DNA from: Octopus vulgaris
Taxonomy: Eukaryota
Reading direction: 5' to 3'
Length of the DNA stretch: 64,000 nt
Assembly (NCBI GenBank): GCA_951406725.2
Contig: OX597817.1
Coordinates: forward strand, 28,024,001 to 28,088,000
A program made the position numbers and the translations under genes. A model generated the notes under the pieces. The model did not search any database, had not been told where the DNA came from, and saw nothing but the letters and a program-made list of their open reading frames with translations. This document shows positions 14,178 to 27,707 of the stretch, piece by piece; the first letter of the stretch is position 1; each line of letters begins with the position of its first letter.

Positions 14178-15034
14178 ATATACATACATATACATATATA
14201 CAATTCTACTAACACATCTTCAGCTTCTTTTTCAAAATGTTGTTAATCTCATTTTACATCACTTTAGAATTAAGCGTTAAATTAAACATTAGATGAAACA
14301 TTAAATATTTAAAATTGTACTTTATAAAGATAAGAATTAAAAATTATAAATTATACATTATAAATGTGAATTAGTAAGCATATATCAAACTTATAAAGTC
14401 AAGTATATATTGTCAAATACAAAATATTATAAGATATAAAATATACATCAGAATAAAAATGTCTATGATTAAATGTAAAAAATAACATAAATAATGCAGA
14501 TACATATCCCCTTTTTATGGAACCAAGATGTCTTTTAAAATGGCGATTAGATGAAGTGAAGATAGCAGAGCACTATGGGAATTTATAGGTAATTAGTACC
14601 AAGGAGGGGTAATTGCACTATGCCTTTAGTTTAAATTATCTTCTATTATTATCTTCAAACTATGTTGAGGGATATATAAAATTTGTTATAATTTTAATAA
14701 TATTTAATTATAATCTTTTCAAGTGCTGTAAAAGTCAAAAGTGTATGGTTATTAGATTCAAAGGGGTGGGTTCAGTATTTCATTTTATTGAAAGTAAAAT
14801 TACTTTTGTGTCTACATTTGCTTCCTCGTTTGTCAATGTGTTTAGTAATTCTCTCTAGACTCTATCAGTTTCATAAATTTCAAAACAAAGTATTATTTCA
14901 TGATGTGCAAATCGATACTACACTGTTTACCTTCAGATATACTCATTAGGTTATTTTCTGTATTATCTGAAATAGAATACCCGCATATCTTTTAATCCCA
15001 AAAACTAAATTATATATGTAAATTTTTTTATATG

Positions 15035-15815
15035 TAAATATAGATTAAAATTACTGCTTTTGATATTAGTAAGAGTATGAAAATCTTGAAATTCATATAT
15101 GTCTCCTTGGTAATTCTTCTGTAGGAATCAACAATAATTATGTATAAATCCATTATATTGTCCAGTATTCCAAATATATTTCATATACTTAAAATATAAT
15201 TTTACTTCATATTATTTAAGTTTATTTTATATTGTTTCAGTGTATGAAATATATTTGGAATACTGGACAATATAATTATTATGGATTACTACAGAAGAAT
15301 TACCAAGGGGACATATATGAATTTCAGAATTTTCATACGAAAGTGTATTTACCAAAATCAAAATCAGTAATTTTAATTTATATTTCAAACAAAAACCATT
15401 TTCCCATATTACTTCATAAATTTTTAAAAGCTACTATTCGTAAAATTATACAAATTTCTCATTTGATATTACTGAAGAGTTATTTATAAATGCTTATCAA
15501 TAGAGGATTCCATTATTCTATTTTATCTAAGTATATGAACTATATTTGGAATACAAGACAATATAACAGATTTTACATATGAATATTATGGATTATTACA
15601 GAAGACTAACCAAGGGAGTATTTATGGATTTAAAGACTCTCATCAAAAACAGTAATTTTTAATTTTTAATTTATATTTCAAACAAACACCATTTTATAGT
15701 ATTGCTTCAAATTTTAAAAAAAAACTACCATTCGATGTGTTATACAAAATTCAACTTTTATATCTCTGAAGAGCAGAAGAGTTGTCTATAAATTCTTATC
15801 AATATAGGATTTCCT
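15035..15815. repeat. Old element: one inverted partial copy plus two tandem ~294-bp copies
   Basis: 15035-15200 is the reverse complement of ~15230-15385; the unit recurs at ~15525 (CTGAAGA at 15472 and 15766). Confidence 0.8.
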
Positions 15816-16364
15816 TATAGGGAGAGCACTTCTGTGAAACGATCGTAAGATGCTTTAAAAACATAATTCAAAACTTTTAAACTGTCATATACATTATATA
15901 TTTATGCTTATAAATATTTATATATGTTTTTATAGATATTTATATTTTTAATACAACAATTATTTTACACACCTATATATCTTTCTGAAGAACTTTCTAA
16001 TATTGATTTCCTGATATTAATAATAATATATTTTAAAATATATATATATATAATCGCTCGTATTAATTATATAAATACTTTAATAATATTAATAATTTGA
16101 TACAAATGGGCACTCAATATAAATTCAGTATATAATATTCTCATTGAATATATTTAACTAAAGATGTATACATATATATGTGTGCGTGTGTGTATACATA
16201 TATATGTATATATAGATATATATATGTGTGTGTGTATATACATATATATGTATCTATGCATATATGTATATTATTTATATTATTGTATATATATATATAT
16301 ATATGTATATATATAAATGTACAATAATATAAATAATATACATATCTACATATATATGTATATG

Positions 16365-16417
<53 letters not shown>

Positions 16418-16911
16418 GTACAGGACGTCGAAAGGACGTGGACAGCATGACAAACGAGAGCAGGAAAAAAACAAAACATTTAAAACAAACGGTTAGGGCT
16501 GTTAAGCCACAACGAGGACAAGTGGTGAACGCGCAAGAAACAAGCTTTGACAGGAGGCAGGCAAAAATGAGCGTTGTCTCTCGTTATGATTTAGCAGCCC
16601 TTACCGTTTGTTTTTACTGTTTTGTTTCTACTGTCCTGTTTTTATTACCATTTTAACACTCCGCAAATCCCAAATTTTATTTTATTTGCTTTGCAGGAAC
16701 GACTGTTTTGATGAAGATCCATCTTGTCGTGAACGTTCAAAATGCGGAGTAGATAAAACAGGAGTCAATTGATGAAGGGATTGTTCTTTATGTTGCCTGT
16801 CTCGTTTCTCTAAATGTTTCTTTCGTTGTTTGATAAAAAGTTCGTTTTCCATGTTTTTCTTTCTCATGTTCTCATTTTTCATGTTGTCCACATGTTTTTG
16901 ACGTCCTGTAC
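16418..16911. mobile_element. (TA)n-embedded element with diverged ~47-bp inverted ends, probable PLE pseudo-LTR relic
   Basis: GTACAGGACGTCGAAAGGACGTGGACAGCATGA vs reverse complement of TCATGTTGTCCACATGTTTTTGACGTCCTGTAC. Confidence 0.55.
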
Positions 16912-16968
16912 ACATATATGCATGTGTATATACATATATATGTAGATATATAATGTATGTATATATGC

Positions 16969-17004
<36 letters not shown>

Positions 17005-17030
17005 AGACACAGAAACATACACACACACAC

Positions 17031-17062
<32 letters not shown>

Positions 17063-17070
17063 ATATACAT

Positions 17071-17112
<42 letters not shown>

Positions 17113-17249
17113 AATAAATATAGATGTATATGTGCTTGTGTGTGTGAGAGTGGTGCGAATATTACTAAAAGTACAAGACAAAGACGAAGTAAAAAATAGA
17201 CACAGTTGGTATAACTTAGACTCTCATGAAATCGGGAAAATTGACGGAA

Positions 17250-17302
17250 ATGTCTTTAACGTTTCGAGTATTCACTTTTTTCACTTTTCTTCCGAAAGAT
17301 AG
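17250..17302 (-). other. Degenerate hammerhead-like motif (PLE pseudo-LTR relic)
   Basis: Minus strand tcttt-CGGAAGA...ctc-GAAAC-GTTA-aaga; core mutated (U4 to G). Confidence 0.35.
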
Positions 17303-17367
17303 ACAAGGAGGGAAATACACACACACACACACACACACATACACACACACACAAATATATATATATA

Positions 17368-18617
17368 CACATTCATGGCCTGAATGGATGACTCACTGAT
17401 ATATAATCAAGAATTCAGCCCTATGATGTTATTTTCAATAACTAGTCGATCGTTCAAATCTATTTCTTCATCACTCAGTGTTAATGTGTTTCCTGCTTGA
17501 TTACTAATTTCCTGTCGTTGTAAAGAAGGCCTAGTCGAAAAATTTCGTCGGAAAGTCATGCTCGAAAAAAAATTCTGTACGAAGAAGGATACGGCACTCG
17601 ACAAATTGGTGTAGGATTGAAATTGGCACAGAGAACTCTTTCAAAGTCAACGAATTATTCGAAATCTCATGGGAAATACCGATTTGACAAGCCTACGGTC
17701 ACCCAGAAACAACCCCGAAGCGAATGGACAATGCTATCATTCTAGCGGCCAAAATGTCACCCAGAATGTCTTCCGAAGCTATTCAAGCTGGTCTACCACA
17801 AGTAAAAAAATTCCTAGCCAAAGGACAATTCGAAGAATATTATATGATACCGGCATTAAGTCTAATAATCCTTCAAGGGAAGCAAGGTTAACCTTGAAAA
17901 TTATTACATTATTATATTATGATATTATTATGCCAAAAGAATAAAAATTGGTCAGCCGAACAACGGAAATGAGTTATGTTTTTGGATGAAACACAGCTGT
18001 CACAATTTAATGCATTTTACAGACATGTGAGACGACACCCTAAGCGAAGTGATAATCCTCGCCAAATTATCCTAAGTGTTAAAAATGCTCCAACACTTAT
18101 GGTGTGGACAGCGATTTGTACTGGAGAAAAATGCGGACTGTGGTTTATGCCTGAGGGTGCAACTAACAAGGAAACTAATTCCTTTTAAATTCTGCGAACG
18201 AAAGTCCCATTATTTATGGGGATCAAGCAGCGTACGCACTTCCAACATGATCTCAACCAATAGTGCATTGTTAGATTATTCTGAAACAGAAAGTAGCAGC
18301 TCGTAATCCAACGTCACTTTCGGAGTTGAAAGTTGAAAAATTACATCAAAATAGTCTCCATTATGGAGATAACACACGATTTGTGCGAAAAATTCTGCTT
18401 ATCAATGCCCAAAAGTGTTGACGCCGTGATTCAAAGCAAAGGACTACATACGAAATAGTGATTCTGTAAGCACCGTTTGATGTTCATTTCTAATAATATT
18501 AAATCGGAATTTTGGGAAGATGTTAATTTCTTCCTGATTAAATACTATTTTCGTCGGAAATATTCAATCTCCTACAAAGTTAAAACATGTAGCGAGTCAT
18601 TCATTTTGGCCATGACA
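17368..18617 (+). mobile_element. Decayed Tc1-family DNA transposon (~1.25 kb)
   Basis: ~28-bp TIRs (TCATGGCC..AATG.ATGACTC); peptide relics WSAEQRK*VMFLDET and VKNAPTLMVWTAIC; many stops and frameshifts. Confidence 0.85.
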
Positions 18618-18668
18618 TATACGTACACACACGCATGCATATACACAAACAAACACACACACACATAT

Positions 18669-18750
<82 letters not shown>

Positions 18751-19561
18751 CTAAAGAAGTAAAACAACTCTTGCACATGTGCATACACATTATTGTAGGT
18801 ACATTTTAAATTGTACGACAACATCTTTGCGACCAGTTTTCTAAAAATCAGGGCATTGAGTATTGAACAAAGGAAAATATAAGTTTAGAAATTGAATGCC
18901 AAGTATTTCATACGTAGATACCTTAAATAATCGTCTTGTAGCTTTAAGATTAAACTAATAAAAATCACATACAGTTAGGAATCTTGAAAAGGATAACGAA
19001 ATACTAAATTTAGTTACACCAATATTTCCTACGTAACGTGTATCTTGCATCTTTTCTCTTTATGTCTCTCTGTCTCTTCAATTTTCTTATCACTAAAATG
19101 GAATTCATGACATGAAGGAATAATTTACTTGTCAGCATTCAGTTCAAACATTAAGCATTATAAATATATCATACAGGATGTGTACATCCTCTTGCCAAAC
19201 CCAAAACTTGTATAAATTAGGCGAAGCATCTACACAAGGTCTCTAACAGTCAATATTGTAAAAATTTATAAAACAAAATTCTTCATCTTAAATTATTTCA
19301 CTAATGTGTAAAAACAAATCTGCTAGCCTAAAACTAGATATGGAAATGGAATCCTTATCTACATATAAAACGTATATTGCTCTGAAGGATTATAAGGGAA
19401 ATTTCAAAGCAAACACTCAATTCAGATGTATATATTCTGTGAAACGTGAAATGAGTTTGGATAGTTAGCGATTCTTCTATAATATGAACTAAAAACATTA
19501 GAGAAACCCACTATCAGTAGTTGATTGCTTTCATTGGAGCAGGGGTAGAAGAAAGGCATGT

Positions 19562-19678
19562 GCTTACGGCGATATCACGTTGAAAGCATCGGTTCTCGTT
19601 TGATCACCGAAGCTAAGCAATATCGAGCGTAGTGAGTACTTAGATGGGTGACCGTTTAGGAAACCTAGGTGCTGTAAG
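19562..19678 (+). rRNA. 5S rRNA: 5S rRNA-derived copy, probably a pseudogene
   Basis: GCTTACGGC..CACGTTGAAAGCA..GATCACCGAAGCTAAGCAA..AGTACTTAGATGGGTGACCG..GGTGCTGTAAG is the metazoan 5S pattern. Scattered substitutions, solitary, no immediate T-run. Confidence 0.88.
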
Positions 19679-19706
19679 GGTCTCACAGCTTTTATTATCT
19701 GTTTAA

Positions 19707-19910
19707 GGCGGCGAGCTGGCAGAAACGTTAGCACGCCGGTCGAAATGTTTAGCGGTTTTTCGTCTGTCTTTACGTTCTAAGTTCAAATTCTGCCGAGGTC
19801 AACTTTACCTTTCATTCTTTCGTGGTCGATAAATCAAGGACCAGTTGCGTACTGGGTTTGATCTAAAGATTCGGGCCCAAAAGATTCGGGCCTTGTGCCT
19901 AGAGTAGAAT
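19707..19910 (+). mobile_element. SINE family B (alternative tail)
   Basis: GGCGGCGAGCTGGCAGAAACGTTAGC head and family B body. Confidence 0.88.
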
Positions 19911-20547
19911 TGAAAGTAAAGGCAGGCACATTCACTCAAATGATAATTCTATCGGTTTTCGATCGTGTTTATCATTAGATTACTTGAATTTGGCAGAAAA
20001 TATAGTACCATTGGGAGCTTATATTGTATGTAAATATATCTGACAAAATTTAAAGCATTAGATAGACGGTTATACGTGGATCATGAGTTTTCGTCAACAT
20101 TAACGTCGAAAATTTAGAAGAGTCTAAGAGTATACTGAAGAAGTATTGTAACAACTAATATATGCAAGGTCAATGTTTTAGATATTTCACTTGGTTTACT
20201 ATCGATTCTATATCAGCCATACAAAATGTCGGCCGAAAACATTTACATCGACAAGGATTGTGCGACCACTGAATCATACTTGACCTGAATTTCCGAATAG
20301 AAATGAATATTGTACAGACGCTATAAATATATTAAGCTTGCAAACCAGATAATTAGCGCTGGATATTTTATCGAATGATGGATAACGATGACGAATATCG
20401 TTTTGGCTCAGTGATAAGCAGTTCTGATACAAACACTCCCGTCCAGAATTCTCTAAGTTGTAAGTAAACGTAAAATGTCTTTTTAAGCAACCGATGTGTG
20501 AGCGGTTCGATAGAAGGAAAATAATATATAAATTATCGGAAAGGGTT

Positions 20548-20582
<35 letters not shown>

Positions 20583-20583
<1 letters not shown>

Positions 20584-20996
20584 CTCTTTTACTCTTTTAC
20601 TTGTTTCAGTCATTTGACTGCGGCCATGCCGGAGCACCGCCTTTAATCGAGCAACTCGACCCCGGGACTTATTCTTTGTAAGCCGAGTACTTATTCTATC
20701 GGTGACTTTTGCCGAACCGCTAGGTGACGGAGACATAAACACACCAGCATCGGTTGTCAAGCAATGCTAGGGGGACAAACACAGACACACAAACATACGC
20801 GCATACACACACGCATATATATATATATATACATATATACGACGGGCTTCTTTCAGTTTCCGTCTACCAAATCCACTCACAAGGCTTTGGTCGGCCCGAG
20901 GCTATAGTAGAAGACACTTGCCCAAGGTGCCACACAGTGGGACTGAACCTGGAACCATGTGGTTGGTAAACAAGCTACTTACCGCACAGCCACTCC
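20583..20996 (-). mobile_element. Full-length SINE family A
   Basis: Collinear with 12561-12963. Confidence 0.92.
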
Positions 20997-21020
20997 AGTA
21001 TATATATATATATATATATA

Positions 21021-21608
<588 letters not shown>

Positions 21609-21732
21609 CATCACAATCAAGGAACGGCCATAATAGGCCATTCACCCACTAGAAATAACAGCCAAAAGCTTTAACCGCAAAATAACGTCAATTCCGTAAA
21701 CCAGGAGAAAATTGAAAAACATTTACCCTGTA

Positions 21733-21839
21733 ATTTCTTAGACGATGCACCGTTTCATCTTCTGTTTAATGGAAAACTAACCTGATTAAATTAAATCAAG
21801 CCAATCTACCATAGGCCCTTAGATTCATCAGTAAGAAAT
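21733..21839 (-). ncRNA. Type I hammerhead ribozyme (mirror copy)
   Basis: Reverse complement of 22308-22414; core intact. Confidence 0.8.
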
Positions 21840-22307
21840 AGCCAAACCGGAACAGATATTTTTCACGAGGCATTCTCATTGCTACCTCGTCAATATCTGA
21901 CCTAAAAATTTCAAATCGTCGCACTCGCGCCAAATTTATCGGCAGCAAATAAATATAGGCCGCCGATTCCATTACGGAATTAACCAGAAAATTCATAATT
22001 AATCAATATAGGGTGGCAAAAAAAAATTTTGTAGAATTCTTTTGCCACCAGCGGCCTAGTGGGAAAAAATTAAATAGTCATAAACCATTTTTAAGTTCAA
22101 CATCACAATCAAGGAACGGCCATTTTTTTGCCACCCTATATTGATTAATTATGAATTCTCTGGTTAATTCCGTAATGGAATCGGCGGCTTATATTTATTT
22201 GCTGCCGATAAATTTGGCGCGAGTGCGACGATTTGAAAATTTTAGGTCAGATATTGACGAGGTAGCAATGAGAATGCCTCGTGAAAAATATCTGTTCCGG
22301 TTTGGCT

Positions 22308-22414
22308 ATTTCTTACTGATGAATCTAAGGGCCTATGGTAGATTGGCTTGATTTAATTTAATCAGGTTAGTTTTCCATTAAACAGAAGATGAAACGGTGC
22401 ATCGTCTAAGAAAT
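22308..22414 (+). ncRNA. Type I hammerhead ribozyme with extended stem II
   Basis: Stem I ATTTCTTA (22308-15) pairs with TAAGAAAT (22407-14); CTGATGA 22316-22; stem II base ATCT/AGAT; GAAA 22391-94; stem III ACGGTGCATCGT; GTC triplet 22404-06. Confidence 0.82.
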
Positions 22415-22650
22415 TACAGGGTAAATGTTTTTCAATTTTCTCCTGGTTTACGGAATTGACGTTATTTTGCGGTTAAAGCTTTTGGCTGTTATTTCTAGTG
22501 GGTGAATGGCCTATTATGGCCGTTCCTTGATTGTGATGTTGAACTTAAAAATGGTTTATGACTATTTAAATTTTTTCCCACTAGGCCGCTGGTGGCAAAA
22601 GAATTCTACAAAATTTTTTTTTTGCCACCCTATATTGATTAATTATAAAG

Positions 22651-22683
<33 letters not shown>

Positions 22684-22685
<2 letters not shown>

Positions 22686-24190
22686 GGGTGTCCCTAAAAA
22701 TAATTACACATTTTAGCAGCTAATAACTTAATTGATGTTTTTTTTCTTTCCAGATAAAAACCATTGGAATTAATGATGGCAGTCTGACTAAGCTTTGAAC
22801 AAAGGAAATTCATTCGAAAATGCTACTGGAAATGTGGAGTGCAAAGACAGTTTAGAGGGGAGTTTCAAACAGATCCACCAATACGACCTACCATCATTCT
22901 AATTAGAGATAAGTTTGAAGCCGATGAAAATATTCAGAATGTCCACGAGAAGCGTTTCGGAAGACCTTGAACATCGACAACTCCCACAAAGCAAGAAGGA
23001 GTGCTGGAAACGATTCACCAAAGTCGAAGAAAATCAGTGAGGCAAGTGAATCGTGAGGTAACTATTTCAGAATCGTCTGTCCAACGCATGTTGAAGTGTT
23101 GTCAATGGAAAAGTTACGTTCCAAGATTAGTCCATCCTATTACTGACGATGATCCAAACCGAAGAGTGCAGTATCGTGAGTGGATGGAAGCACTCCGTCG
23201 GTTACGACGACGAGGGTTCCGGTTGATCCGATCAGCGGAACAGCCTGCTAATGAAATTAACGTGTAAGTGGCTGAGCACTCCACAGACACGTGTACCCTT
23301 AACGTAGTTCTCGGGGATATTTAGCGTGACACAGAGAGTGACAAGGCCGGCCCCTTGAAATACAGGTACAACAGAAACAGGAAGTAAGAGTGAGAGAAAG
23401 TTGGGGTGAAAGAGTACAGCAGGGATCACCACCATCCCTGCTGGAGCCTCGTGGAGCTTTTAGGTGTTTTCGCTCAATAAACACTCACATCGCCCGGTCT
23501 GGGAATCGAAACCACGAGTCCGCTGCCCTAACCACTGGGCTATTGCGCCTCCACAGTATCGTGAGTGGTACTTGGCACAATGTGTAGAGGACGCACACCT
23601 TCCAACAAATATTGCGTCGAGTAATGAAGCAATTTTCAAATTAAATGGTTCAATTAACCGCCACAATTGCACTTACTAGTGACCCAAGAATCCGTATGTT
23701 ATGGTGGAACACTATGTTAATTTACCAGAAGTTCCAGTGTGGTGTGACTTATCATCAAAAGGATTAATTGGACCATTCTTCTTTAACGCTAATGTGATTG
23801 GTCCCGTTTACTTGAACTTGCTGCAACAGTCTACCATGCCAAGCATCAGAGAAAGCTTTGAAGATAAGGAGGTTTATTTTCAGCAAGATGGGGTAACCCC
23901 ACACTACCATCGCGATGGTAGAACCTTCCTTGATGAGATCTTGCCAAACAGGTAGATTGGACGAAAGGCTTTCACTGAATACACTCTGCTTTACCAGATC
24001 TCACACCACTAGACTTTTTTCATGGGGATACCTAAAAGACAAAGTCTACGCTACAAAACCTGCAACAGTCACTGATTTGAAAGCAGCCATTGAACGAGAA
24101 TGCACACAAATACCAAACGGATTGTTTCGTGATGTTTGCGATTCCATTGCTTCGCGTTGCCAGCAGTGCCTGGAACAGAACGGATGTCAG
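22684..24190 (+). mobile_element. Decayed Tc1/mariner-superfamily transposon, DD41D (rosa/Visitor)-like
   Basis: TA|CAGGGTG end; motifs [53 protein letters not shown]; ~41 residues between the 2nd and 3rd D across a frameshift; right TIR not seen. Confidence 0.85.
23184..23553 (-). mobile_element. SINE family C (head 1, tail 2) inserted in the transposase, 15-bp TSD
   Basis: TSD CAGTATCGTGAGTGG at 23169-23183 and 23554-23568. Confidence 0.93.
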
Positions 24191-24969
24191 GGCTCACTTT
24201 ACAAGCACGAAATATTTTACGTGGTTTCTTTAGGACGTTCTTCAAGGGTTTTTTTGTTTTCGTATGTGTGTGTCGAATGTAACGTATTATAATTTTGTTT
24301 GTCCATGAGCGTGGTTGAATTTATATAATATGATCGTGCATGTAGTCGACTAAGCAACTTCTCCTCCAAAGACCGCTTCACAAAATATATTTCATGGGTT
24401 ATTAGATTCCATTTATTTCCGCTTCAGTACAATTAATATTAAGCTCAATTGCATTGTGTATTCTTTTAACAGTTCTTTCTCTTTGAGGCAGTTAGTTACA
24501 GAAGTACATTTTAAAAGTTTAACTTAACTTTAAATATCTTTAATTTGCAACACTGGGAGAAATGTTGTAGCAGAGAAAACATACAGCATCATTCTTTGAT
24601 TGCTTTTCTATGACTGTATGTAACTCAAGAATTCCAGAGATCCACTGTCATTTTTGTAATTCTGAGATATATTAAATAGATAGAATAACGCCTGTTTACA
24701 TCGAATACAGAGCACTATTGCGTTGTTTATGACAACCTTGGGGGCGTAGATATCTTATATTACTTTAAAAGTGCAGTTTCAATAAAATGCACTTCCTGAA
24801 ATAAATACGTGTTAGTCTATTGATTTAACAAATAAACATTTACTATTACCTAGAATATTTTCATGTATTTATCAGTTTTTCCTAAACCAGATACATATAA
24901 CGAAACACCTGAATTTTATTCTACATGCATATACAAACTTAGATAGATAGATAGATAGATAGATATTAT

Positions 24970-25140
24970 TAACCTTTTACGCCTTTCAGCCACTTGACTG
25001 CGACCATACTGGACCACCGCCTTAAAGGCTTTTAGTCGAACAAATCGACCCCAGCACTTATTTTTTAAAGCTTGTTACTTATTCTATCGGTTTCTTTTAC
25101 TGAACCGTTAAGTTACGAAGACAAACGCCGACACAAATAC
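24970..25140 (-). mobile_element. SINE family A 3' fragment
   Basis: Diverged match to the family A 3' half. Confidence 0.75.
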
Positions 25141-25150
25141 ATGCATATAT

Positions 25151-25551
25151 GTGACTGTATGATAAGTAGCTTGCTAACCAACCACATGGTTCCGGGTTCA
25201 GTCCCACTGCGTGGCATCTTGGGCAAGTGTCTTCTGCTATAGCCTCGGGCCGACTAAAGCCTTGTGAGTGGATTTGGTAGACGGAAACTGAAAGAAGCCC
25301 GTCGTATATATGTATATATATGTGTGTGTGCGTGTATGTTTGTGTGTCTGTGTCCCCCTAGCATTGCTTGACAACCGATGCTGGTGTGTTTACGTCCCCG
25401 TTACTTAGCGGTTCGGCAAAACAGACCGAAAGAATAAGTACTGGGCTTACAAAAGAATAAGTCCCGGGGTCGAGTTGCTCGATTAAAGGCGGTGCTCCAG
25501 CATGGCCGCAGTCAAATGACTGAAACAAGTAAAAGAGTAAAGAGTAAAAGA

Positions 25552-25553
<2 letters not shown>
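25151..25553 (+). mobile_element. SINE family A
   Basis: Reverse complement of 12561-12963; (AAAGAGT)n tail. Confidence 0.92.
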
Positions 25554-25607
<54 letters not shown>

Positions 25608-25749
25608 TATAATCATCTCAGGGATACGGTTTATGATCTTAAAAATATATAATTGTGGAAAGGCACGTAACAATGGATTAAAATAAATTCCATCCAAAGA
25701 TTATTATTTTTATCACTACTACTACTACTACACACACACACACACACAT

Positions 25750-25799
<50 letters not shown>

Positions 25800-25800
<1 letters not shown>

Positions 25801-25965
25801 ATGGGCTACTTTCATTTTGGGTCAATCAAATCCACTCACAAGGCTTTGGTCGGCCCGGCCCGAGGCTATAGAAGACACTTGCCCAAGTTTCCATGCAGTG
25901 GGACTGAACCCTTGACTATGTGGTTAAGAAAGAAGCTTCTTACCACACTCCCAAGCCTGTGCCTA
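25800..25965 (-). mobile_element. SINE family A 5' half
   Basis: aaatccactcacaaggctttggtcggccc..cagtgggactgaaccc. Confidence 0.8.
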
Positions 25966-26555
25966 TATAGTGTGTATGTGTGTGCGTGTTTGAATGCATA
26001 TATACATGCATACAATTCATATATTCACGGTGTTTATTTCGGTCTATAACAGTAAAACATAACTTTTAGGAACAGAAGACTCTTTTGAATACTGTAAGAA
26101 CTGGGAAAGCCTATGCCAATAAACCTAATTTGCGAATAACAAATAGTTATTTTTAATTGCTCGCCTACTTAATGCAACCCATCTTGAACTATAAGAATCT
26201 ATCTTTTGGGCTATGTAACAAATACAGATCATTTACTTTAATAACCTCAGCCAAGTCACTAATTCATATACTCACACCAAAAGCATTTATATACATATTT
26301 TTTTATTCATAGATAGAGGTCAAGTTCGCCTTTTGTCTTTTCGAGGTCGATAAATTAAATACCAGTGGCGTTCTGGGGTCGATCTAATCGACTGCACCCC
26401 CCCTCCCACAAAATATCAGGTTTGTGTCTGGAGCAGAAAAGAATATTACTAATAGTCTTAGCAATATACAGTCGCAACCGTTTACCATAGATAATATTAT
26501 ATTTACAAGAAATATTTGCCAGAAATAGATTATGTTTCATGTAGGGTGTGAAGAA

Positions 26556-26822
26556 TCTCTCTCTATATAAACGGCAGTTTGTCTGTGCGTTTTCTGTGTG
26601 TCTGTTTTCTCGTACCCTCACTCTGACCACGGCTTTCAACCGATTCTGATGAAACTTGACACACACATAGCCCAATGTCATAACTCCACCTTTTTTAACT
26701 CTCAAAAAAAATTTACCATCATTTTTTTTCCATTTTTTTGCTATTTTTTGGCTATAACTCTCTAAAAATGCTTTATAGTTATTTCCCTTACAAACCTGAG
26801 CAACGCCGGGCGATACTGCTAG
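26556..26822 (+). mobile_element. Non-autonomous Helitron
   Basis: A|TC start, subterminal hairpin CCTGAGCAACGCCGGG, CTAG|T end; 3' end shared with 36689 and 59711. Confidence 0.82.
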
Positions 26823-27253
26823 TAATAAATATATTGCCATATAATATCTATTTAGTGAAAAGGTTAACAGATATTGTCAGTTTCTATACTTACATGTGTG
26901 ATAATGTGTGCGTGCGTGCATGAATATAGATGCAGTATGGTCGAGCAATTTGCCACTCTACTATCCCAGGTTCTATCTCACTACCTGGTATTTTTGGCAA
27001 GTACCTGCATTTCAAAAATAAAGTCTGATTCTGTCAGCGAATTACATTAAGGGTATATATATATATGCTCAACCATTAACACATAACTATTTTGATCAAA
27101 CTAGTAAACACTCGTCGTCGAATATGACGGGGGACCTTACATGTGTGTGTGTGTGTATAGACAGACAGACAGACAGATAGATAAATGGAAGTTGATTGTA
27201 TGTATATAATGGAAGTTTATAAGTACTTTTACGTCTCTCTCTCTCTCTACATA

Positions 27254-27323
<70 letters not shown>

Positions 27324-27365
27324 CACATATATATATATATACACACAAACACACACATATATATA

Positions 27366-27447
<82 letters not shown>

Positions 27448-27607
27448 GAATATGTGTATGTATATGTATACATGCACCTATGAGTGTTGTGTTTCTATGT
27501 ATATGCATGTATCTATAATGTAAATAGCTTGTTAGATCAATAGAGACGGTAAATAAACAAATAAATGATCACATGGACACAGGTGGATACATCGGTTGAT
27601 CGATAAG

Positions 27608-27707
<100 letters not shown>

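Larger units (their letters stand above)
21609..22646. mobile_element. Retrozyme-like element: two inverted, circularly permuted copies of a ~492-nt hammerhead-bearing unit
   Basis: CATCACAATCAAGGAACGGCCAT at 21609 and 22101 (period 492); inversion at ~22123; TTTTGCCACCCTATATTGATTAATTAT at ~22126 and ~22620; (TA)n flanks. Confidence 0.85.

Noticed and set aside
21982-21995. ACCAGA(G)AA resembling hairpin-ribozyme loop B
   Set aside because: The partner strand GUAUAUUACCUGG and the loop A pairing are absent.
22248-22294. TTGACGA..GAAA as a second hammerhead core
   Set aside because: It lacks C3 and a stem III/cleavage triplet, and folds as a simple hairpin.
21796-22351. Twin 66-aa ORFs on opposite strands (also 13964-14172)
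   Set aside because: They follow from the inverted duplication and have no recognisable domain. A small peptide cannot be excluded but is unsupported.
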